A DNA stretch of 36,109 nucleotides from an uncultured Aquificales bacterium (GCA_964453345.1 CAYVOC010000010.1:8752-44860), one strand, 5' to 3'; positions 1 to 10,528 are shown, counted from the stretch's first letter. Notes: a model not told the origin generated them from the letters alone. Numbers and translations: made by a program.

Positions 1-96
1 AATGAGCTTGCTGAGGCGCAAAAGAAGACAGAGCAGAGGCTGGATGAGCTCGCCCAGCGGGTCAATGAGCTGGCTGAGGCCCAGAAGAAGACTGAA
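1..96 (+). repeat. 63-bp (21-aa) period coding repeat
   Basis: aatgagcttgctgaggcgcaaaagaagacagag (from 1) vs aatgagctggctgaggcccagaagaagactgaa (from 64); identical peptide NELAEAQKKTE. Confidence 0.8.
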
Positions 97-531
97 CTGA
101 TGGTGGCCAAGCTTATAGGGGAGCAAAAGAAAATAAAGGAGCAGGTTGGGGGCCTGAGCCACACGGTTGGATATGTTCTGGAGGACAGGGCCTACAGGGG
201 ACTTCCGCCCCTTCTTGAGAGGGACTTCGGGCTGAAGGTGGAAACGCTCAAAAGGGATTATGTGGAGGTTTTGCCTGGAAGGTATGAGGAGATAAATATC
301 ATAGGCTACGGCTTCAGGGGATCTGAAAGGGTATGGATTCTTGGCGATTGCAAGACTCAGCTTAAAAAGAGGGATGTGGATAACTTCCTGAAGCTTTTGA
401 AAAGAGTAGAGCACATGTTTGTGGGTGAGAAAATCGTGGTCTTTGCCACCTATCAGGCTTCCCCTCAGGTCAGAAGATACGTTGAACAGAAGGGGTGCAA
501 GATATACTTCTCCTACGAGTTTCCCCTTTAA
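1..531 (+). CDS. Partial (5'-truncated) coiled-coil repeat protein with C-terminal PD-(D/E)XK-like domain (DUF3782/'chordopoxvirus fusion-like' type, common in thermophiles)
   Basis: Frame +1 is open from base 1: NELAEAQKKTEQRLDELAQRV-NELAEAQKKTEL... continuing into the 100..531 ORF, which has motifs VGYVLED, EINIIG and ILGDCK. Confidence 0.7.
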   Translation, partial: NELAEAQKKTEQRLDELAQRVNELAEAQKKTELMVAKLIGEQKKIKEQVGGLSHTVGYVLEDRAYRGLPPLLERDFGLKVETLKRDYVEVLPGRYEEINIIGYGFRGSERVWILGDCKTQLKKRDVDNFLKLLKRVEHMFVGEKIVVFATYQASPQVRRYVEQKGCKIYFSYEFPL

Positions 532-554
532 GTTTCGCCGGCCTTTGACGATGT
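528..554 (+). promoter_or_regulatory. Putative sigma28 (FliA) promoter of the flagellin gene
   Basis: TTAAGTTT-N11-GACGATGT vs consensus TAAAGTTT-N11-GCCGATAA, about 60 bp upstream of the flagellin ATG. Confidence 0.7.
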
Positions 555-574
555 AATACAGCGCACGGAGGCCA

Positions 575-611
575 AATCCCCCTACAGGGAGGTAGGAGAT
601 GTAGGGGGATT
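575..611 (+). promoter_or_regulatory. 5'-UTR hairpin sequestering the flagellin Shine-Dalgarno sequence
   Basis: AATCCCCCTACA (575-586) is the exact reverse complement of TGTAGGGGGATT (600-611); 13-nt loop GGGAGGTAGGAGA; ATG at 615. Confidence 0.65.
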
Positions 612-614
612 GAG

Positions 615-2648
615 ATGTTTTCCATAAAGAGCAACCTCCCTGCGGTTTACACCGCCGATGTTCTCGGGAATATCTCCGAGCAGATAAACAGGTCCATAAG
701 GAAGCTGGCAACGGGAAAGCGTATAGTTACGGCATCAGACGATCCGGGCAGCGTGCACTACCTGTCCCGTCTGAAGGCCCTGAACATCGGCTGGAAAACC
801 GCTTCCCGCAACTTAGAGCAGGCCAGCGATCTTCTCAACACCGCCCAGTATGCCCTCTCTGGCTTAAACGGAATTAAGGTTGCCGTTTTCAGGATGAGGG
901 AGCTTGTCCTTGAGGCGGCCAACACATCAACCCTGACCAGCGAGGATCTTGAAGCCATACAGCAGGAAATTGAGCAGATGGTGGAGGAGGTGGACAGAAT
1001 CGGGAGGATCACCGAATACAACACCAAAAAACTCCTTGACGGCTCCATGGCGGGAGCAATAACCAGCTCCTCCCCCTATGTGGAGGGGTTTGTCCTCGGC
1101 AGGGTTGAGGAGTCCGTTTTTGAGTTCAGCTCCGCCAGGGCGGCGACGAGGGCGGTTGTGAATGCTTCCCTCCCTATCCCCGAGGATCAGCGCATGCCCA
1201 CCTCCTTGGGGGACGCCTACGATTACACAAGGACCTTGGGAGAGGCTGTCTTCAGTCCGGATACCACCCAGGCTGCAGCCTACGATGCCGACTACGATAT
1301 AATCTTCACCCCGGGGAATCCGGATCACGATTTCGAGGTGTATGATGCCTCAACGGGAACCTCCGTCGGCACGGGCACCTTTGGCACGGCCTTTGTTGTG
1401 GCCTCAAACAACAATGTGAAGATCACCATCTACAGCGGGAGCCAGACCATACAGGAGGGCTACAAGGGAATCTGGCATGTTGACACCGATCCCTCGAAGA
1501 ATGTGGCCCAGGAAGGCAACATGGCGGTCAGCGGTAGCATAACCATAGGAAAACTTTCGGACAGATCCCTCTTGAACGGAACCCTTTTCATACAGTTTGA
1601 TTGGGTGAACGGAAGGCTTTCCTACAGGGTTGTGGATGCTGATGGTGTTCCCCAGGGGAGCTGGGTCTCTGTGGGAGCCACCTTCTACGCCTATCAGGAC
1701 TCAAAACTTCAGGGGTCCTACTTTACGCTGAACATAGCCACCATAAGAGATGGTTATCAGAGCATGGCCGGTAAAGGAGACACCTGGAAGATAACCTTTA
1801 GGGAATACGATGGCTTGGCTGGTGAAGGAAGCTTCACGGTGGAGATAGGCGGGGAGGTTTCGAGCGTTTACTGGAGCGGTGAGGACACCGTGGAGGATTT
1901 GAGAAACAGATTGAACAACGCCCTTTCTCCCTACGCCCATGCCTTTTACGCCACCTCCTCCGGCACAGAATACATATCTATAAGGTCTTCCTATCCCGGC
2001 AGCCTGTATGTTCCCCAGCTCAGGGATGTGGAGGGGAACCTGGTTTCGGTGGTTGGTTTTTCTCTTGTTTCGGGAACCGGAACCGATGCCCTCATCACCG
2101 TGGAGGGCAGAACCTACGGTCCCCAGAGTTCAAACCTCTTCTACGGGATAGTGGAGAACGGGGTGATCGTGCTCAAAGAGGGAGCGGTTGCCGAAAGCGG
2201 GATCATCACCGTTAAGGACTACAGCCAGAAGGTGGCTGCAGGACCGGGATCCGGACAGGATATAGTATTTTACATTCCGCCTGTGAACAGCCTCGTTTTG
2301 GGATTCAGGGATCCCGAGGGCAATATGCTTGTGGATGTCACCAGGCCAAAGGGGGCGGAGAGGGCGCTTGATATTGTTGATAACGCTATAGAGACGCTAT
2401 CCCGCTATGAAGCCCTCATAGGCTCTTTCATGAACAGACTTGATAGAGCCAGAGGGCTTGCGGAGGATGAGGCCTTTGCCATAACCCAGGCTGTTTCAAA
2501 CATTGAGGATGCCGATGTGGCGGAGGAGCTTGTGAAGCTCACAACCCTTGAGATGCAGCAGAACACGGCGGCCATGATGCTTGCCCATGCGAACCTGCAG
2601 CCGGAAAGAATCTGGAAACTGCTCTTTGGGCTTGCTCAGAAAGAGTAG
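615..2648 (+). CDS. Flagellin (divergent, with large central variable region)
   Basis: N-terminal KLATGKRIVTASDDP, RMRELVLEAAN and TEYNTKKLLDGS; C-terminal IGSFMNRL...SNIEDADVAEE...AAMMLAHAN. Confidence 0.9.
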   Translation: MFSIKSNLPAVYTADVLGNISEQINRSIRKLATGKRIVTASDDPGSVHYLSRLKALNIGWKTASRNLEQASDLLNTAQYALSGLNGIKVAVFRMRELVLEAANTSTLTSEDLEAIQQEIEQMVEEVDRIGRITEYNTKKLLDGSMAGAITSSSPYVEGFVLGRVEESVFEFSSARAATRAVVNASLPIPEDQRMPTSLGDAYDYTRTLGEAVFSPDTTQAAAYDADYDIIFTPGNPDHDFEVYDASTGTSVGTGTFGTAFVVASNNNVKITIYSGSQTIQEGYKGIWHVDTDPSKNVAQEGNMAVSGSITIGKLSDRSLLNGTLFIQFDWVNGRLSYRVVDADGVPQGSWVSVGATFYAYQDSKLQGSYFTLNIATIRDGYQSMAGKGDTWKITFREYDGLAGEGSFTVEIGGEVSSVYWSGEDTVEDLRNRLNNALSPYAHAFYATSSGTEYISIRSSYPGSLYVPQLRDVEGNLVSVVGFSLVSGTGTDALITVEGRTYGPQSSNLFYGIVENGVIVLKEGAVAESGIITVKDYSQKVAAGPGSGQDIVFYIPPVNSLVLGFRDPEGNMLVDVTRPKGAERALDIVDNAIETLSRYEALIGSFMNRLDRARGLAEDEAFAITQAVSNIEDADVAEELVKLTTLEMQQNTAAMMLAHANLQPERIWKLLFGLAQKE

Positions 2649-3251
2649 CTATTTTTTGGAGGAGCGCCTTTTGAAGGTTACATAAAGGGCTGTGATGGCA
2701 AGAGAAAGAATCACCATGGCGATGGTTGCCATGTGAAGGTGCCTTTTTAGAAGTTCTTCGTTGTTGCCCACAAGATAACCTATGATGGCCAGGGTGCTCA
2801 CCCATGCACCTGCGCCGATGGTGGTGTATACGCCAAAGGTGAGCACCTCCATCTTGGATAGGCCCGCCGGCAGGGATATGTATTGTCTGATCCCGGGCAG
2901 GAGGCGTCCCACGAGCGTGCTTATGGCGCCGTGTCTGTCAAAGAACACCTCAAGTTTCTCCAGCTTTTCCCCGCTGAGCAGAAGGTATCTGCCGTATCTT
3001 TCCAAAAAGGGTCTGCCAAGCTTAAGCGCCACGTAGTAGTTGAAGAGCGCCCCTGCCAGACTGCCCGCCGTTCCGGCCAGTATGGCCAGTGGCAGCGACA
3101 TTTTGCCCTTGGCCGCCAAATAACCTGCAGGTGGCATGACAACCTCGCTCGGGAAGGGGAAGAAGGAGGATTCCAGAAACATGAGGAAGAATATCCCGGC
3201 GTATCCCAAGCTCCATACCGCATTTACTATCCAGAGGGCTATTTGCTTCAT
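2649..3251 (-). CDS. dedA: DedA family membrane protein
   Basis: [25 protein letters not shown] and [16 protein letters not shown] motifs. Confidence 0.92.
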   Translation of the reverse strand: MKQIALWIVNAVWSLGYAGIFFLMFLESSFFPFPSEVVMPPAGYLAAKGKMSLPLAILAGTAGSLAGALFNYYVALKLGRPFLERYGRYLLLSGEKLEKLEVFFDRHGAISTLVGRLLPGIRQYISLPAGLSKMEVLTFGVYTTIGAGAWVSTLAIIGYLVGNNEELLKRHLHMATIAMVILSLAITALYVTFKRRSSKK

Positions 3252-3315
3252 GGATGCTTTGGGATATAATCAAGCCAAAGGAAAATCAACAGGTCTGGAT
3301 CGCTGGCGCAGAGGG

Positions 3316-4137
3316 ATGGATAGGTTTCTGATAAAGCTGGTTTTTGTTTTATACGCCTTTGCAACTGTTCACTACCTCGTGTTTATCGTGAAAAGAAGCG
3401 ATCTTGTTCGCAAAATTTCCGGTTTAAGCTTTGCCGGGGCCGTTTTTCTGCATGCTCTCTCTATAGTTCTGCGGTGGATCAGGGCGGGGCACTTTCCGGT
3501 CACAACCCTGCACGAGTCCCTCTGTTTTTACTCCTTTCTTGTGGCCCTGGGTTATCTTATCCTTGAGCGCAAATACGATCTCCCCGTGGTGGGGGCCTTT
3601 CTTGCTCCCCTGAATCTTATCTTCCTTCTGCCGGTGGTTGGGGGTATGGGAGCACCAAAGCCTTTGTCCCCGCCCCTTCAGAGCCCCTGGTTGAAGATCC
3701 ATGCGGTAACCTCCTTCGCCGGGGAGGCGGCCTTTGCTCTTTCCTTCGTGCTGAGCGTGGTCTATCTGCTACAGGAGAGGGAGATAAAAAGGAAAAAGAT
3801 GGGCTTCTTCTTCAAGCGCCTTCCCCCCTTAGGCAGGCTTGATGATTTGAACTACAGGATATTGACCGTAGGTTTTCCCCTTCTCACAATCGGCATAATA
3901 ACCGGAGCCGTTTGGGCCAATCAGGCCTGGGGTTCCTACTGGAGCTGGGATCCCAAGGAGACCTGGTCCCTCATAACCTGGCTTGTCTATGCGGGTATTC
4001 TGCACAGCAGGTTGACTGCCGGATGGAGGGGGAGAAGGGCTGCGATTCTGTGCATAGTGGGCTTTGGATGTGTTCTATTCACCTTCCTGGGGGTGAACCT
4101 GTTGCTACCGGGACTCCATTCCTATAGCAGTATGTAG
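3316..4137 (+). CDS. ccsA: Cytochrome c biogenesis protein CcsA/CcsB (system II heme lyase component)
   Basis: WWD motif [19 protein letters not shown] and C-terminal GLHSY. Start re-assigned to the ATG at 3316 (after GAGGG) to avoid overlap with dedA. Confidence 0.9.
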   Translation: MDRFLIKLVFVLYAFATVHYLVFIVKRSDLVRKISGLSFAGAVFLHALSIVLRWIRAGHFPVTTLHESLCFYSFLVALGYLILERKYDLPVVGAFLAPLNLIFLLPVVGGMGAPKPLSPPLQSPWLKIHAVTSFAGEAAFALSFVLSVVYLLQEREIKRKKMGFFFKRLPPLGRLDDLNYRILTVGFPLLTIGIITGAVWANQAWGSYWSWDPKETWSLITWLVYAGILHSRLTAGWRGRRAAILCIVGFGCVLFTFLGVNLLLPGLHSYSSM

Positions 4138-4139
4138 CC

Positions 4140-5423
4140 ATGGATGTGTATGTTGTCGGAATAAATCACAGAACGGGACCGGTTGAGATAAGGGAGAAGC
4201 TCGCCCTCTCACCGGATGATGCCGAAGGTTTCAAATCCCTTTTGGGGCTTTCCATCAGGGAGATCGCCTACCTTTCCACCTGCAACAGGGTTGAGATCTA
4301 CTTCTGGGGGGATGAGGAGGGGGTTGAGCAGGTAAAGGACTTTTGGGAGCAGACCAAGGGTGTTTCTAAGGGGGAGTTTGACAGGCATCTGTATGTTTAC
4401 AGGGGCAGGGATGCGGTTGTCCATGTCTTCAGGGTTGCATCGAGCCTGGATTCCATGGTTCTCGGGGAACCCCAGATAGTGGGGCAGTTCAAGGACGCCT
4501 TTGATCTGTGCTCCAGAGCGGGGCTTACGGGTCCCATTTTGAACAACCTCATGTCCAAGGCCCTCGCCGCATCCAAGAAGGTGAGGACCAAGACCGGCAT
4601 AGGCGAGTCCGCTGTATCGGTGAGCTATGCTGCCGTGGAGCTTGCTTCCAAGATCTTTGATGATCTTGGCAGATGCGCCGTCACCCTTGTGGGTGCCGGT
4701 GAAATGGCCGAGCTTGCGGCCCTGCACTTGAAGGAGGCGGGCGCCGGCAGGATGCTGGTGGTGAACAGAACCTTTGAGAGAGCCGTGGATCTCGCCAAGA
4801 GGCTGGACGGGGAGCCTTTAAGCTTTGACGCCTTTGACAGGGCTCTCATTGAAAGCGATATAGTCATAACTTCAACCGCATCCCAGGAACCCATCCTGAG
4901 ATATGAAAAGATGAAGGAGGTGATGAGGGCGAGAAAGCACAGGCCCATATTCATCATAGATATCGCCGTTCCCAGGGATGTGGAGGAGCGGGTTCAGGAG
5001 ATTGACAACGTTTACCTATACAACATAGACGATCTCGAGGCGGTGGTTGAGGAAAACAGAAGGAAGAGGGAGAGGGAGGCCGTCAAGGCGGAGGTCATTG
5101 TGGCCGAGCAGGCCGATAAATTTATGGAGTGGCTGCGCAGCCAGGAGATAGTTCCCCTTATAGTTGGGTTGAGAAACTGGGTTGAAAGCATAAGAAAAAG
5201 TGAGCTTGAAAAGACGATTTCTCGCATAAAGCCCGATCCAAAGACGGAGAAGGCCCTCAATGCCATGACAAGCGCCATTGTTAACAAGATCATGCACCCG
5301 GTTTTCACCTATCTGAAGCAGGAGTCGGCCAAGGGCAATGCGGGAAATTTAAAGGAGACGGTAAAAGCTCTATTTGCTCTGGAGGATCTGGATGAAGGTA
5401 AGGATAGGAACCAGGGGAAGTAA
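4140..5423 (+). CDS. hemA: Glutamyl-tRNA reductase
   Basis: [31 protein letters not shown] and DIAVPRDVE motifs. Confidence 0.97.
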   Translation: MDVYVVGINHRTGPVEIREKLALSPDDAEGFKSLLGLSIREIAYLSTCNRVEIYFWGDEEGVEQVKDFWEQTKGVSKGEFDRHLYVYRGRDAVVHVFRVASSLDSMVLGEPQIVGQFKDAFDLCSRAGLTGPILNNLMSKALAASKKVRTKTGIGESAVSVSYAAVELASKIFDDLGRCAVTLVGAGEMAELAALHLKEAGAGRMLVVNRTFERAVDLAKRLDGEPLSFDAFDRALIESDIVITSTASQEPILRYEKMKEVMRARKHRPIFIIDIAVPRDVEERVQEIDNVYLYNIDDLEAVVEENRRKREREAVKAEVIVAEQADKFMEWLRSQEIVPLIVGLRNWVESIRKSELEKTISRIKPDPKTEKALNAMTSAIVNKIMHPVFTYLKQESAKGNAGNLKETVKALFALEDLDEGKDRNQGK

Positions 5424-6303
5424 GCTTGCCCTGTGGCAGGCCAACTTTGTGAAGAAAAAGATAGAGGAGTCTCTGGGCTGGGAGGTGGAGCTGGTTATCA
5501 TAAAGACCAAGGGCGATAAGATAACCGATGTGCCCCTGGCAAAGGTGGGGGGCAAGGGGCTTTTCGTGAAGGAGATAGAGGAGGCCCTGTTGAGGGAGGA
5601 GGTGGATCTTGCGGTTCACAGCCTTAAGGATATGCCGGCGGAGCTTCCGGAGGGGCTTGAGATCATAGCCTATACTGAAAGGGAAACCCCATGGGATGCC
5701 ATCGTTTCCAGAGAGCCGATAAAGGAGCTTTCCGATCTTTCGGGCAAGGTTGTGGGAACCTCCTCTCTTAGAAGGACTGCCCAGATAAAGCACTACGTTA
5801 TGGATGCGGAGATCCAACCGCTGAGGGGCAACCTTGACACAAGACTCAGAAAGCTTGCAGAGGGCCAGTATGATGCCATCGTTGTGGCCCTTGCAGGATT
5901 GAAGAGGCTCGGCTTGAAGCCTGAAAATATCTATGTGGCGAAGGACCTGATCCCGGCCATAGGGCAGGGGATACTTGCCGTTGAGGCCAGAGAGGGTAGC
6001 TTCCGGGAGGTGGCGGAGGTCCTGGATGATCCCACCTCCAGGATTGAGGCCACAGCAGAAAGGGCCTTCTTAAAGGTCATAGGCGGCACCTGCCAGATAC
6101 CCGTTGGGGCGCATGCTCAGGTTGACGGTAATCAGCTTGATATGAGGGCCTTCATAGGCCGTCCGGATGGTGAGTATCTCTATGTTGGAAAGATTGGCGG
6201 CGATCCCAACGACGCTGCAGATCTGGGAAGGCGCCTGGCCGAGGAACTGCTCGAGATCGGGGGCAAAAAAATCCTAAATCAGATCCTTGGAGGTGAGGCA
6301 TGA
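5392..6303 (+). CDS. hemC: Hydroxymethylbilane synthase (porphobilinogen deaminase)
   Basis: [44 protein letters not shown] and GGTCQIP. ATG at 5392 follows GGAGG. Confidence 0.97.
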   Translation: MKVRIGTRGSKLALWQANFVKKKIEESLGWEVELVIIKTKGDKITDVPLAKVGGKGLFVKEIEEALLREEVDLAVHSLKDMPAELPEGLEIIAYTERETPWDAIVSREPIKELSDLSGKVVGTSSLRRTAQIKHYVMDAEIQPLRGNLDTRLRKLAEGQYDAIVVALAGLKRLGLKPENIYVAKDLIPAIGQGILAVEAREGSFREVAEVLDDPTSRIEATAERAFLKVIGGTCQIPVGAHAQVDGNQLDMRAFIGRPDGEYLYVGKIGGDPNDAADLGRRLAEELLEIGGKKILNQILGGEA

Positions 6304-7880
6304 TACCTCTCTACACTGCCCAGGAGATGAGGGAGCTTGATAGAATCACCATACAGGAGATAGGCGTTCCCGGGGTTGTTCTTATGGAGCACGCGGGATA
6401 CAAGTCCGCCCTCATTCTTGCAGACATAATAGAGGATGAGGATGCCGAGATTGCCGTTGTGTGCGGTAAGGGGAACAACGGTGGGGATGGCTATGTTATA
6501 GCCAGGTGGCTTTCCCACTGGGGATGGAGGGTAAACGTCTTTTCCCTGTGCCCCAAGGAGGAGCTGAAGGGGGATGCTAAGGTAAATGCGGAGATTTTTA
6601 CCAGCCTGTATCCTGACAGGTTTGAGGTGGTGGAGCCGGATGAAGAATTTGAGATGCTTTTGAGCCAGCATCAGGTGGTTGTTGATGCCATCTTTGGAAC
6701 GGGACTGACAAGACCGGCTGAGGGCAAGTATAAGGCGGCCATAGAGGCCATAAACCACAGCACCGCCTTTGTCTTTTCCGTCGATATCCCCTCGGGCCTT
6801 CCCTCGGATTCCGGAAGGGTTATAGGCCCAACGGTTTATGCCGATGTCACTGCCACCTACGGGGGATTGAAGCGAGCGCACATGATCTATCCAGCCAAGG
6901 AATATGTGGGCGATGTCTATCTTGTGGATATAGGCATACCTTTTGCCGCCACAGACGAGGTGTATCCCGGCTGTTTCCTTGTTGAGGAAGAGGATGCCAT
7001 GCTCGCCGCCCCGCTTTTTAGACTGCCAACCGCCCACAAGGGCGACTTCGGGCATGTGGCCATCATCTGTGGTTCCCCCGGCAAGACCGGGGCGGGCATC
7101 ATGGCGGGGCAGGCCGCACTGAAGATGGGGGTGGGACTCGTCACCCTCTTTGTCCCGGAGGAGTTGAATCCCATATATGAGTCCTCAACCCTTGAGGTTA
7201 TGAGCCTGCCGCTTCCGTCCGTCGATGGACACCTTTCCTCCAAGGCCCTTGACACGATACTTGCGGAGCTTGAAAACAAGGACGCTGTCGCCATAGGGCC
7301 GGGATTGGGACAGCATCCTGAAACCCTCAAGCTCCTAAAGAAGCTTATAAAGGAGATAGACCTTCCTATGGTCATTGACGCCGACGGAATAAACCTTATA
7401 GCCAAGGATCTAAAGATGCTGGAGAAGGCCAAGGCACCCATAATTCTCACGCCCCATCCAGGTGAGTTCTCCAGACTGACAGGCGTTCCGACGGAAGAGA
7501 TTAACGCCAAAAGACTGGAGGTCGCCGTTGAATGGGCCAAAAAGCTGGGGGTTATAATAGTTCTGAAGGGCGCATCCACCATCACGGCCCTTCCCACCGG
7601 CACGGCCTTCGTCAATCCCACGGGCAACCCGGGTATGGCCACCGGCGGCTCTGGTGATGTGCTGACCGGTATTATAGCCGCTCTTATGGGCGTGGGGAGG
7701 GATCCGGCGAAGGCGGCCGCCTGCGGCGCCTTTATTCACGGGCTTGCAGGCGATCTGATGGCCGAGAAGGTGGGACAGGCTCCCCTTGTGGCAGGCGATA
7801 TCATAAGGGGAGTAGCAGAGTTGCTGAAGGCCTGGGAGAAGGGAGAGAGGGTATGGGAGAGATGCTACGAAGCCTTGTAG
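6300..7880 (+). CDS. nnr: Bifunctional NAD(P)H-hydrate epimerase/dehydratase (YjeF)
   Basis: [47 protein letters not shown] and [11 protein letters not shown]. Confidence 0.95.
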   Translation: MIPLYTAQEMRELDRITIQEIGVPGVVLMEHAGYKSALILADIIEDEDAEIAVVCGKGNNGGDGYVIARWLSHWGWRVNVFSLCPKEELKGDAKVNAEIFTSLYPDRFEVVEPDEEFEMLLSQHQVVVDAIFGTGLTRPAEGKYKAAIEAINHSTAFVFSVDIPSGLPSDSGRVIGPTVYADVTATYGGLKRAHMIYPAKEYVGDVYLVDIGIPFAATDEVYPGCFLVEEEDAMLAAPLFRLPTAHKGDFGHVAIICGSPGKTGAGIMAGQAALKMGVGLVTLFVPEELNPIYESSTLEVMSLPLPSVDGHLSSKALDTILAELENKDAVAIGPGLGQHPETLKLLKKLIKEIDLPMVIDADGINLIAKDLKMLEKAKAPIILTPHPGEFSRLTGVPTEEINAKRLEVAVEWAKKLGVIIVLKGASTITALPTGTAFVNPTGNPGMATGGSGDVLTGIIAALMGVGRDPAKAAACGAFIHGLAGDLMAEKVGQAPLVAGDIIRGVAELLKAWEKGERVWERCYEAL

Positions 7881-8746
7881 AAAAGGCGCACATACTTCTC
7901 GAGGCGCTTCCCTATATACGGGAGTTCTACGGGAAGACCGTTGTTGTCAAATACGGCGGACACGCCATGGTGGATCAGGCCCTCAAGGAGAGCTTCGCCA
8001 AGGATATCGTTCTCATGAAGTATATCGGGATCAACCCCATAGTGGTTCACGGAGGCGGCCCCCAGATAGGTGAAACCATGAAAAAGATGGGGAAAAAGCC
8101 AAAGTTCATCGATGGGCTGAGGGTTACGGACAGCGAAACCATGGACATAGTGGAGATGGTTCTGGGAGGCAAGGTTAACAAGGAGATAGTGGCTCTGATA
8201 AACAAGCACGGGGGTGCCGCAGTAGGGCTTACCGGCAAGGATGGGCTGCTCTTTTTTGCTAAGAAGCTTTACCTTGAAAGGAACGCTCCCCAGACCCAGG
8301 CGCCGGAGGTGATAGATCTGGGGCATGTGGGGGAGGTGGTGAGGGTTGATCCATCAATACTGGATATTCTCGCAAGGGAGCGCTTCATCCCGGTCATAGC
8401 CCCCATAGGCGTTGATGAGAATGGTATAACCTACAACATAAACGCCGACTGGGTGGCGGCAAAAATAGCCGGTGCGGCAAAGGCCGAAAGACTCATCTAC
8501 ATGACCGATGTTGATGGCGTTAAGGACAGCCAGGGCAGTCTTATATCCTCTCTGAAGGCGGAGCTTGCAGAGAAGATGATAGAGAACGGAACGGTGTCCG
8601 GGGGGATGATTCCGAAGATCCGGGCGGGTATCAGCGCCCTGGAAGAGGGGGTTAGAAAGGTCCACATAGTCAACGGAACCATCCCCCATTGCATAATCCT
8701 CGAGCTCTTCACCGACAGCGGCATAGGAACGGAGATCGTTCTCTAA
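7853..8746 (+). CDS. argB: Acetylglutamate kinase (start may be 7862)
   Basis: [35 protein letters not shown] and GGMIPKI. Confidence 0.96.
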   Translation: MGEMLRSLVEKAHILLEALPYIREFYGKTVVVKYGGHAMVDQALKESFAKDIVLMKYIGINPIVVHGGGPQIGETMKKMGKKPKFIDGLRVTDSETMDIVEMVLGGKVNKEIVALINKHGGAAVGLTGKDGLLFFAKKLYLERNAPQTQAPEVIDLGHVGEVVRVDPSILDILARERFIPVIAPIGVDENGITYNINADWVAAKIAGAAKAERLIYMTDVDGVKDSQGSLISSLKAELAEKMIENGTVSGGMIPKIRAGISALEEGVRKVHIVNGTIPHCIILELFTDSGIGTEIVL

Positions 8747-9363
8747 TGGGACTTTACGTGGCCTTTGAGGGAATAGAGGGCTGTGGGAAGACCACCCTGG
8801 CAAATCTCTTTTGCAACTGGTTAAAGCAAAAGGGAGAGAGGGTCGTTCTCACAAGGGAACCCGGTGGAACGGATCTCGGCAGGAGATTGAGGGAGCTGCT
8901 CCTCTTCTCCGACCCCTCCCCCATGGCGGAGCTCTTCATATTCCTTGCCGACAGGGCAGAGCACATAAAAAAGCTGGTCAAGCCTTCCCTGGATGCGGGA
9001 TTGTGGGTGGTATCCGACAGGTGCTTCCTTTCAACCCTCGCCTATCAGGGATACGGCAGGGGTATTCTTGATCTGGACAGATTGAGGGATCTCTGCCGCC
9101 TTTCCGCAGGTGGCCTTGTGCCGGATTTGATCTTCCTCATAGACGTGGATCCTGAAGTGTCCCTTGCCCGCATAGGAGAAGCCGACAGAATAGAGTCCGA
9201 ACCCATAGAGTTTCACAAAAGGGTGAGAAGGGGCTACCTCAAAGAGGCAAAGCGCTTGAAGGCGGTTGTCCTTGACGGCAGAAACAGTCCTTCAGTGTTG
9301 CTGAATCAGGTTATCGATTCTGTGAACCAGATGCTTGCCGCATCAAGCGGTAAAACCACTTGA
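8746..9363 (+). CDS. tmk: Thymidylate kinase
   Basis: FEGIEGCGKTT, TREPGGT, ADRAEH, SDR and LAYQG. ATG overlaps the argB TAA (TAATG). Confidence 0.95.
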   Translation: MGLYVAFEGIEGCGKTTLANLFCNWLKQKGERVVLTREPGGTDLGRRLRELLLFSDPSPMAELFIFLADRAEHIKKLVKPSLDAGLWVVSDRCFLSTLAYQGYGRGILDLDRLRDLCRLSAGGLVPDLIFLIDVDPEVSLARIGEADRIESEPIEFHKRVRRGYLKEAKRLKAVVLDGRNSPSVLLNQVIDSVNQMLAASSGKTT

Positions 9364-9788
9364 TGCGATAGATCCCTAAGATCGGCTTCCTTTACCGTCC
9401 TGTCTCCCAGATCCATGAGGGGTAAGAGCACAAACAGCCTTTTGTTCCATTCAGGGTGAGGGATCTGGAGCCTTTCCGATTTATAACTACCCCCTGACCA
9501 GAAGATAATATCAAGATCAATAACCCTTGGCCCCCATCTGGGGCCCGTTCTCCGTCCCATGCGCTTTTCGATACTCTTACAGAGATCCAGCATCCCCTCC
9601 GGATCTATATGGCATCTGCACAGAACCGCTGCGTTCAAGAACCAGGGCTGGGGAGGGCCTACAGGTTCTGTAAGATAGACCCGCGAGGCCTTCAAGATGC
9701 GAACCTTGCTCTGCAAAAGCTTAGCGGCCTCTATCAGGTTTCTGAGCCTGCCGTTCAGGTTCGATCCTAAGCCGATCACGTAATCCAT
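9306..9788 (-). CDS. folK: 2-amino-4-hydroxy-6-hydroxymethyldihydropteridine diphosphokinase
   Basis: IGLGSNL, FLNAAV, RWGPRVIDLDI, IPHP and FVLLPL. Confidence 0.95.
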   Translation of the reverse strand: MDYVIGLGSNLNGRLRNLIEAAKLLQSKVRILKASRVYLTEPVGPPQPWFLNAAVLCRCHIDPEGMLDLCKSIEKRMGRRTGPRWGPRVIDLDIIFWSGGSYKSERLQIPHPEWNKRLFVLLPLMDLGDRTVKEADLRDLSHQVVLPLDAASIWFTESIT

Positions 9789-9806
9789 TGTGCGAATAGT
9801 AAAGGC

Positions 9807-9867
9807 TGGCGGAAGGGCATGGGAATCGAACCCACCGAGCCGCCCTCTCCGACGGCTCCACTGGATT
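9807..9867 (-). repeat. Exact 61-bp duplicate of the 3' portion of tRNA-Sec (att-like direct repeat)
   Basis: tggcggaagggcatgggaatcgaacccaccgagccgccctctccgacggctccactggatt is identical at 9807-9867 and 10546-10606. Identity runs from the CCA end into the anticodon loop. Confidence 0.95.
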
Positions 9868-9915
9868 CAAAATTCAATTCCAGCCAGCACACTTTTACCA
9901 GCAGAGACCACCAAT

Positions 9916-10314
9916 TCAATTAGAACCACATATTTTCCTCAGGCGCTCATCAAAGGTAAAAAGTTTCCCTTTTTGCCTTTTAGCTTTAACACACAAGAAA
10001 CAGTCAAGCAGACTGAGGCCAGAACTTTCGAGAAATAGATCGAAAGCCTCAATCAACACCTTCTTATCTCTGTTGACCGTGCCCTTGTAAAGAACGAGTT
10101 TTTTAAGAACCTCAGCGGCTTCCTTGGGCGGAACGCTGTAGGTTTTCGTAAGCACATAGAAGGTTTCCAGCAGAACCTCAGCAAGGAGAATAACCTTCTC
10201 TCGTCCCTCCCTTACAGCTTCAAACAGAAGCCGGGCCTTCTCGTAATGCTCCTTGTTGTCTGCCAAAAGGTAACGCAGAATAACGTTGGTATCAGGAAAG
10301 GTCACGGTATTCAT
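9916..10314 (-). CDS. vapC: PIN-domain toxin (VapC family ribonuclease)
   Basis: Acidic catalytic motifs are intact: PDTNVILRYL, EVLLE, SLLDC and TFD. 132 aa. Confidence 0.9.
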   Translation of the reverse strand: MNTVTFPDTNVILRYLLADNKEHYEKARLLFEAVREGREKVILLAEVLLETFYVLTKTYSVPPKEAAEVLKKLVLYKGTVNRDKKVLIEAFDLFLESSGLSLLDCFLCVKAKRQKGKLFTFDERLRKICGSN

Positions 10315-10528
10315 CGGCTACCTTCTGCCAGGCTTCCCCTCTCTCTTCCTCGTAAGACAGGCCCTTTTTGGCGTAGTTCCTGAAGACCCCGCCCAGATCC
10401 TCCACAGGTTCTATCACAATCTTATCCCCAACCAGGCGAAACCGCACCACATTTGTTTTTAGAAGATTGCGAAACCTTTTGGGAATGGTTACCTGTCCTT
10501 TGGGAGAGATCTTTACCACTGCATCCAT
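10292..10528 (-). CDS. vapB: AbrB/MazE/SpoVT-family antitoxin (VapB)
   Basis: VKISPKGQVTIPK...GDKIVIEP swapped-hairpin motif; overlaps the PIN gene by 23 bp; SD GAGGT upstream. Confidence 0.88.
   Translation of the reverse strand: MDAVVKISPKGQVTIPKRFRNLLKTNVVRFRLVGDKIVIEPVEDLGGVFRNYAKKGLSYEEERGEAWQKVADEYRDLS

Noticed and set aside
1050-2230. Proteolytic flagellin (flagellinolysin)
   Set aside because: No HExxH motif in the variable region.
9807-9915. A second complete tRNA-Sec gene
   Set aside because: No UCA anticodon, D arm or 5' acceptor strand; only the 3' 61 nt match.
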